Shown in pieces: positions 56,982 through 64,000 of a stretch of DNA of 64,000 bases. Under the pieces are notes generated by a model that made no database searches, was not told the origin of the DNA, and worked only from the letters and a program-made list of their open reading frames with translations. This DNA comes from Nemertoderma westbladi (lineage: Eukaryota; Animalia; Xenacoelomorpha), in the NCBI GenBank assembly GCA_032718475.1, contig JAUCBJ010001004.1, positions 4,067 through 68,066 on the forward strand, written 5' to 3'. The stretch's first letter is position 1. Every line of letters begins with the position of its first letter. Both the position numbers and the translations under genes were made by a program.

Positions 56982-57862
56982 TGACTATGACAGACGAGAC
57001 GTTGGACGACATCACACTTCTTGAGTGCGACGGCACAGGAGGGGGGGGGGGGGGGGGGGGGGGTGAGACTCGTCAGGAGTGAGTGGGTGAGATAGGGGTT
57101 GAGTAATAGCGCGGAGAGAGTGCGGATGCAATTCAAGTTTGGGGGGGGGGAGAAGTAAGAGGCAGAGTGAGGGACAAGGAGGTCCGAGAGTTAGAGCGGA
57201 AGTAAAGGGAAGTAGTGGAGAGTCAGGGTGAGAGTGGAGGAGTTAGAGTGGAGTTAGAGTGGTGAGAGTGTTGGGGAAACAAAAAATTGTGTGCGAGAAG
57301 CCCACAATCGGCCCGACATGGGACGCCAGATGTCTTGGTGCAAGATAGATAAAGTTGCACCAAGACGGGGTAGCGATATCATACCCATAGGGAGCGGCCT
57401 GGAAAGCCGACTCCGAGAAAAATAACTCCACCCCACACCCGATAGTAAATCGGGATCCAGCGGAATTTTAGCGCACTAGAGGTGGATGCTAACTTCTCAC
57501 CAGGAAGATAGCATGGGGGGGGGGAGTGTTAGCGAATTCAATTCCGCTAACCACCCCATAAAGTTGGGCAAGCGGGGCCTTTAAGCAATATTGGGGAGTA
57601 CGAGGTTGATTGCCAATCGACCTCGTATCACCCCCAAATAACGGGGACGACAAACCCCAAAGGGCCACACACAATGGGGGTCAGAGGTTACACCTCCGGG
57701 AGAGGGAAAGTGACAGTGGAGGGGGAAAACACTCCCAGAGAGATGGGAGGGCGAGAATTAGGTTATTAGCCAATGGGGGGCAGGCATCCGCTGAGTAATA
57801 CGGCCAACCCAGTGCAGTATATTACCCATTGATGTTCCTCATTCATTCAGTCAACTTAGTCA
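56982..57862 (+). repeat. Putative 3' LTR of element C
   Basis: TGACTA...TAGTCA inverted ends after a purine-rich tract; G-rich. The partner LTR is not in the window. Confidence 0.4.
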
Positions 57863-59119
57863 GTTCAGTTAGGGCAGAATGGAAACATTTATTACCGTTG
57901 CCGCCACCACCATCAATATTTTACCGGTATATTCTGATTTCACCATCAACTGTGCTATCTGTCTATTCATTTATTCGATACTATATTTTATATTCATTAA
58001 CAACGTCGGACAGTCGGAACGATAACAATAACGAACTCTTTAACTGGCGGCAGGGACGCGTAAATAAACCACACCGGTCGGGATTCTCGGATCCCGTCAC
58101 ATGGTATCTGGGACAACCTACTAACTGTAGGCCTATAATTGTGTACCTTCAAGGTGACACCAAGGTGTTTTGCACTTTATTCTTGATTTTGGTGACTATG
58201 GGCTGGGTGCTGCGAATTTTTCGCGACCATAACAATATAATTGGACGGATCCATCATGGATCTCCTTATTTCTCACGCGTGTTTGTTTGTTTGTGTGTTT
58301 GTTTTTACACATAACTTCTTGCACTTAATGTGGATGGAATTGGATGAAACTTTGGTGCTAGATTCATTATCGGACCTAGATTTGTATGGAAAGGTTTTGG
58401 TTGCGAGGGACCTGTTTGGTTGCCTAGGAACAGTGAAATTAATTTTAGAATGACAGATCATAATCGTAGAATTCACTCAATCAAAATTATGTCGACACCC
58501 CTAGGGAGCACCTATTGGTCATGCTTTCTGCAAAATTTCGCTTTATTTCGTTTAGAATTGTAGAAGACACATTTCCTACAAACAGTGTTTTTTATATATT
58601 GTATATTATTGTACTGTACACAACACACTGTACTTTGCCCAATGTTTTGTTTTTCGTTATTAGGCTTCCCTGCATAGGCACGTAATTTATTACAACAACA
58701 ACAACTTTGATAGCATTGCAGCATTGCCAGCTCTCGCTGGCAATCTTGTAGATGTGGCCGCTGCTACGGTGTGGCAGCGGCCATTATTGTCGAAAATTAA
58801 AATTGAATTGATGTCGTCGTCGTGCAAATACAACCCGTCAGCAGAAATATTGGTATGTATTGGTATTGTATGTGTGGGGTATACACGTTCGTGGGGACTT
58901 CGCGCAGCACGTAGTCGGCAAGCCTTGGCATACGGTTCATATAGAGCAAATGGGGCATGTCTAGTTTGGACCCAATATCCCATGCTATAAATGTATTCAT
59001 TCGATATACAATCATATGTTAATCCGCTAGGTGGTGTCAAATTGTTATTCTGCAATTTCGTACTTACCAGTGCAGCACTGTACAGCAGTACCGTACCGGT
59101 AGGCCTATGTCATTACTTC

Positions 59120-59500
59120 TGAGTCTCTAGCGGATCCCCAATTAAATGTCTTAACTTTTCAATTTCGTAAAAGATAGACTTCATGATTCTCTACAGGCCA
59201 CCAAAATTTCAGCTCAGGAAAATGAGGCCTTCCCGAGAAATTTAACATTTTCTAAAAACTACATAATCTGTCGTAGCTGACGTCAGACTGCATGATTTTT
59301 CACCAAACTTTACAAACTTTCTAAACTTTCTCTCTACTACTTACCTACTAAGTTTGGTTCAATTCCGAACCAGCGATGCAGAGAAATTCGCGTTCAAACA
59401 TTTACCAGACAGACGGACGGACAGACAGACAGACGGACCATTTGCCCTATATGAACCGTATGCCAAGGCTCGCCGACTACGTGTCTCGCCCCACAGTATG
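59120..59500. mobile_element. Non-autonomous Helentron/DINE-1-like (HINE) repeat fragment
   Basis: cagacagacggacggacagac microsatellite with ccaaaatttcagctc and aagtttggttcaa motifs. Its end (59448-59495) has an inverted copy at ~58893-58942. Confidence 0.4.
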
Positions 59501-60385
59501 TGTATTGTGTATAGATAGGGGTGTGTAGGGGAACTGGTTCAAACAGGGGACAATTGCATGAATACACAGCGACAAACCGGAGACGATCTACAATCCGGGG
59601 ACGTCCCCGGAATGAAAAGATATCAAAAATGGAATCTAAGTACTAAAATTAATTGATTCTGAAAATTTCAGATCATTTCGGCGATGTCCCCTGTTCCACA
59701 AGGTTCGAGCAATAAGGCCAGTTATTCCATTGGCTTTCTTTGCGATGGTGGCAATGTGTTTCCCAAATGTGAGGGTGTATTGGAAGGTCACCCCAAGTGT
59801 ATTTTACGGTTCACGGTGTTATATTTTGACCGTTATCAATAATATTTTGTTTAAAAAAAAAGGCCACAAAATATCTGATAGGCCTATCCAAAATACCGTA
59901 GGCCTGGCTATCGCTGTATCCAGCTGGATATTTCTGTATTTACAATATCCAGCTGGATATGCCGGATATTGGTAGTTGTAGATAAATCCAATTCAATCGG
60001 CTGATCGGTTATCATGTGTGGGCCTTGCCCCTACCCCTATGCAGCGCAGGACTGATAACAAATAGAGTGAAAGTGGAGGGAAAGATGAGGAAATAACCAG
60101 GGATGTTAAGTACCGGTCTGCCGGTAGTGTTCTTTTATTTACTTTTTCTTTTACGTTCAGTCTATTGAATTGGATTGGCGAATGAAGAAGGTAAAACTTG
60201 TTTTTACACCAGTGTACCGGTACCAGTTATACCTACAATTAGGCCCCCTATTATTACAGAGTTCAGAGTTGAGAGCATTTATGTCAGATACCGGTATTAT
60301 TATTATTATTACCGGCCAGCCGGTATATACAGATATATATTATATATAACTGCTGGAACTACTACTGTACTACCGGTAACAGGTA

Positions 60386-60709
60386 ATGGGTGAGGTTGAT
60401 GCAGGAATTTCTAGCCAAACTATTGACTTAAATATTTTACTTTTCGCCAAAGCCAGGGAGGTTACCGATTCATCTCAGGTCACTGTTTCATTGAAGGTGC
60501 ATAACTCGTCTGGCAGGTCTGGTTCCTGTAGTACTACTGTGGGCAACGTTTGGGATACACTATTGGATATTTACCCTGAACTCTCACTGATACGGGGTAC
60601 CTGTGTGTTGGCATTGAACGGTGATTACCTTACTCAGGACGTTGATTCGCAATTTGTAGTTCGAAGTGGCGACGAGTTGGCTGTAATTCCGCCTCTAGGG
60701 GGCGGATGA
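60386..60709 (+). CDS. MOCS2A: Molybdopterin synthase sulfur carrier subunit (MoaD/ThiS-like)
   Basis: ILLFAKAREVT...VLALNGDYL...GDELAVIPPLGGG, with a C-terminal GG. Confidence 0.9.
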   Translation: MGEVDAGISSQTIDLNILLFAKAREVTDSSQVTVSLKVHNSSGRSGSCSTTVGNVWDTLLDIYPELSLIRGTCVLALNGDYLTQDVDSQFVVRSGDELAVIPPLGGG

Positions 60710-60736
60710 TAAATAGTCCTACAGACTCACAGACCC

Positions 60737-62551
60737 ATGGGTCGCCAAAAACATAAACGGAAACCTCAAACTCAGACAGTTAATGTTATAGAAGATGTTT
60801 ACTCGCAACCGGAAGTGTACTCTTTAGTTAGGCGCTTGTTGGATATTACGTCACAACCGTGTCCTAGCAACGTCCAAACGCTTTTCTCAGAGACTAGACA
60901 GATTTACGAGGTGGTGGAGGCCATACGCTTGTTGCAAGATAAACACTTTCCCTGTCCCGGAAGTTTGAAAAATTCAAATTCCACCAGTGAACCATCTACT
61001 GTGGTTCCTATTGGTGGTTCCGTTAGTGAACCATCTACTGTGGTTCCTATTGGTGGTTCCGTTAGTGAACCATATAATGTGATTCCTATTGCTGGTTCCG
61101 TTGTTAGTGAACCATATAATGTGATTCCTATTGGTGGTTCCGTTGTTAGTGAACCATATAATGTGGTTCCTATTGGTGGTTCCGTAAGTGAACCATCTAA
61201 TGTGGTTCCCATTTCTGGTTCCTTAACAACAGAACCCCTCCTTATTAATTCGACCCCTACCGATGCCGAATCTCCTTTGTGTCGCGATAAATCCCGACTG
61301 TTCGGAACAGAGCCATCCCATCGCCCCCTCTACCTAGACGGATTCCTCCAATGGGCTCACAACAACGACATCCGCATCAACGAGAAGCTAAGAATCTCAG
61401 AGACCGGTCGCCATGACTACGGGATACACGCGACCGCGCGTATAGAGTTGGACGAGGTCCTTATATCGGTCCCGATCTCGTCCTGCCTCAGTTACCACTC
61501 TTCCAACCCTTCCGCCCCTTTACGGGGTCTACAACGTACGGACCCCATGCTGCTAGCTATGCCCAACGTATGTCTCGCATTGACTCTCCTAGACGAGTCT
61601 AGCAACCCCGAATCGCGTTTTCACGGTTACTTAGACTTCCTACCTCGCAGTATCTCCTCCTGTTTGTATTTAACTCCCGATTTAATGACCCCTCTCCGCG
61701 GATCCCCATCCTTATTTCCCCTCCTCAAGAATTACCGCAATATTTCCCGTCAGTTCGCCTATCTCCACGGCCTATTCCGAGCGCTCCCAACCCGCAGCCC
61801 CTTCATGCGGGAGTTCACTTACGACCGATACCGCGCCGCTGTCGCCTTGGTGATGACCCGCAATAACCCGCTGCCTTTGGGGGGGCGCCCAGGGGCCGCC
61901 TTGGCGATGGTCCCCGCTGTGGATCTACTGAACCACAGCGGGTCCGGGACCCACATCGGGTTGGACGTTGCCTCGCAACGCGTCGTGGTCACGGCTACCG
62001 AGACCCCCTACGACGTTGGCGACGAGATAACGCTGTACTACGGAGACCGCAGCAACCAGGAGTTTCTACTAAACAACTCGTTCATCCCGGAGTCAAACCC
62101 CAACGATTATTTAGAGATATTTTTTGGGTTTAAAAGGACCAACGAAATCGATGCCAAAAGGCACAGAATAATGGAGAGCGTTAGCGACAAACAGTATTTA
62201 CTTAGACAACAGGTTAACCCGTTGTCACCCAGTGTCGTCGCCTACGCACGGCTATTCGCTCTAAAAGAAGAGAATCAACTCGACAGTTTTCTTGTAAACC
62301 ACGAATTGTTGGTATCACTTAGCGATCTCGCTTGTCCAATCAGCGTAGAGAACGAGGCCGCGGCGTTGCGGTTTCTATTGGCGCGATTTCAACTACTTTT
62401 GGGTAATCAGGGTTGCTATAGTAACAAAAGCGACGAGTCAACAAGTCCTCTTGCTGCGTCTTTATTACGTTTAGTTAATGGCGAGAAAGCTATTCTAGAA
62501 CATAGTATTAGTTACTGCCAATTAAAATTAAATGAACTATTAATTATTTAA
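60737..62551 (+). CDS. SETD3: Actin-histidine N-methyltransferase SETD3 (SET + Rubisco-LSMT substrate-binding domain), intronless
   Basis: DPMLLAMPNVCLAL, NISRQFAYL, FTYDRYRAAVALVMTRNN, DLLNH, YYGDRSNQEFLL all match SETD3 motifs. Confidence 0.88.
   Translation: MGRQKHKRKPQTQTVNVIEDVYSQPEVYSLVRRLLDITSQPCPSNVQTLFSETRQIYEVVEAIRLLQDKHFPCPGSLKNSNSTSEPSTVVPIGGSVSEPSTVVPIGGSVSEPYNVIPIAGSVVSEPYNVIPIGGSVVSEPYNVVPIGGSVSEPSNVVPISGSLTTEPLLINSTPTDAESPLCRDKSRLFGTEPSHRPLYLDGFLQWAHNNDIRINEKLRISETGRHDYGIHATARIELDEVLISVPISSCLSYHSSNPSAPLRGLQRTDPMLLAMPNVCLALTLLDESSNPESRFHGYLDFLPRSISSCLYLTPDLMTPLRGSPSLFPLLKNYRNISRQFAYLHGLFRALPTRSPFMREFTYDRYRAAVALVMTRNNPLPLGGRPGAALAMVPAVDLLNHSGSGTHIGLDVASQRVVVTATETPYDVGDEITLYYGDRSNQEFLLNNSFIPESNPNDYLEIFFGFKRTNEIDAKRHRIMESVSDKQYLLRQQVNPLSPSVVAYARLFALKEENQLDSFLVNHELLVSLSDLACPISVENEAAALRFLLARFQLLLGNQGCYSNKSDESTSPLAASLLRLVNGEKAILEHSISYCQLKLNELLII
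60986..61225 (+). repeat. In-frame 39/42-bp tandem repeat x6 within SETD3
   Basis: Units SEPSTVVPIGGSV / SEPYNVIPIGGSVV. Confidence 0.9.
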
Positions 62552-62986
62552 TAACAGGGTGATCATGTAATTACAATCCCTCAGCTTAATATCCATTAAC
62601 CCATCAGTTACTCACTTTGTTTTAATATAAAATAGTTGAGTCAAGATAGTCATAGTGGGAAAGGAAATGGTGTTGTTTTTGTTTGCTATTTGTACTACCA
62701 GGAATTTCCGGTTCCCAACTACTGTAGCTATATATATTGATTTAGTTAAAATTTGATTAATTCAAAGTTTAATCTGATTTAACATCAACTTATTATTGTG
62801 TTGAATAAATTTTTTTAAATAACTGTTTTTCAGTTTATATCTCCGTTAGTTAAGTAGAAAAGATCAGGTAATTTCCCTCCAAAATGATATTAAAATGATT
62901 TACAAATATACGTTTATTTGGAGTTTGGAATTTATATAGATGTGCTAATTACGCAGCTTACCCTTGGGCCGATTTTGGGCCCATGC

Positions 62987-63311
62987 ATGTGAAGAATACC
63001 AGACTTTCTGCCGTTATATTTCACTTTGCAGTTACCCCCATGTGAAGAATACCAGACTTTCTGCCGTTATATTTCACTTTGCAGTTACCCCCATGTGAAG
63101 AATACCAGGTTTTCACCAAAAACACAGGTTACATAAGGGCTGAATCTAACCAAAACAATAAACGAATTAGTATATATGTACAGGTTATAAGACAGAAATA
63201 AGCTCTATAAAACACTTAATAAAGATAAATTAAAAAAAATAAACAAATCTTCATATATAAAATTCCAATAAAAAGTCGACCGAAAAGTGAAATCCTGGTA
63301 TTCTTCACATT
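62987..63311. repeat. Small tandem plus inverted repeat (MITE-like)
   Basis: A ~53-bp unit beginning catgtgaagaatacca occurs twice plus a third start; inverted copy cctggtattcttcacat at ~63294-63310. Confidence 0.6.
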
Positions 63312-64000
63312 CACGATTTTGAGTAGTGTGATGACCCCACCAATGGGTGTGTAGAACAAATAGAAAACATTATTATAGCAAGTTCTATTAGATTATCCAC
63401 TTAGGAGGACTTACTTGACTCAACTATTTAATATTAAAAGAGTTCATCCTTTTATCACGTCAGTATTTTTCGCCAATTTTTGAGATCTATTCTACCTAAT
63501 AGTCCTAAAGGGGGTGAGGAAGCGGAAACCCACATATTATATAATATTAGGCCTACGTCTACAGGCCATTTATAGACTTTTATCACGGCGTATTACCTAG
63601 AATTGAATGTGCGCGTTTGAACGATAACAAAAAATGCCGTTTTGTCATGATAATAATTCTGTCTGCTGACGTCACAAAATGGCTTTTGTCGTACTAGTAC
63701 CTACGTACAACATCAGAAGTCGTCATCTGGAGCTGAGAAATGCTGACGTAATAAAATAATGACCCCTACTTACCTTTTAATCCCCTCATGATCCTCATAT
63801 CAGTTCAAACCCTTATCAGTTTTATTTTAATTATATCTATAATAATTTATCTCACATGTGTAATAATCATTTTACAAACTTAAACTTATATATATTTTAT
63901 TCCAAAATTACTGTAACATTTATATTATGAAAACACTGCCATTTCTTGTTAGAAATATTTTTGGAGGAATTTCTGAAATTCGTATGAGGTGATAGAGTAT

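Larger units (their letters stand above)
51347..57862 (+). mobile_element. BEL/Pao LTR retrotransposon C, 3' part (old, decayed)
   Basis: RNase H-integrase pol remnant, tandem repeat, accessory ORF remnant and a putative 3' LTR. Confidence 0.8.

Noticed and set aside
58690-59055. 121-aa ORF as a Helitron or host gene fragment
   Set aside because: No convincing motif, and it overlaps an inverted copy of a non-coding repeat end.

Overview
Animal (invertebrate-like) genomic DNA dominated by a four-level nest of mobile elements, followed by two host genes. (1) An old BEL/Pao LTR retrotransposon (element C, ~51347-57862) is interrupted by (2) a Polinton/Maverick (adintovirus-like) endogenous virus whose right end reads ...ACTACT at 51346. 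The Polinton encodes a protein-primed DNA polymerase B, two minor capsid (penton) proteins, a core/membrane-lytic precursor, a major capsid protein, an adenain protease and an RNase H-like/ECHC protein. Unusually, it also has a TATA-binding-protein (TBP)-like gene and a PC4-like gene. (3) The TBP-like gene is split by BEL/Pao element A (11801-44538, minus strand, 1260-bp LTRs, TSD AATAT); removing A restores an uninterrupted 184-aa TBP-core-sized ORF. (4) Element A is interrupted by a related younger element B (19127-35953, plus strand, 1206-bp LTRs, TSD ATATG). All three BEL/Pao elements carry a non-env accessory ORF 3' of pol. A and B lack a tRNA primer-binding site and instead show conserved long-range complementarity in the leader. 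A second PC4-like gene and a complex palindrome lie at the left. On the right are intronless MOCS2A and SETD3, only 27 bp apart. All protein assignments are by visual motif recognition; no searches were run.
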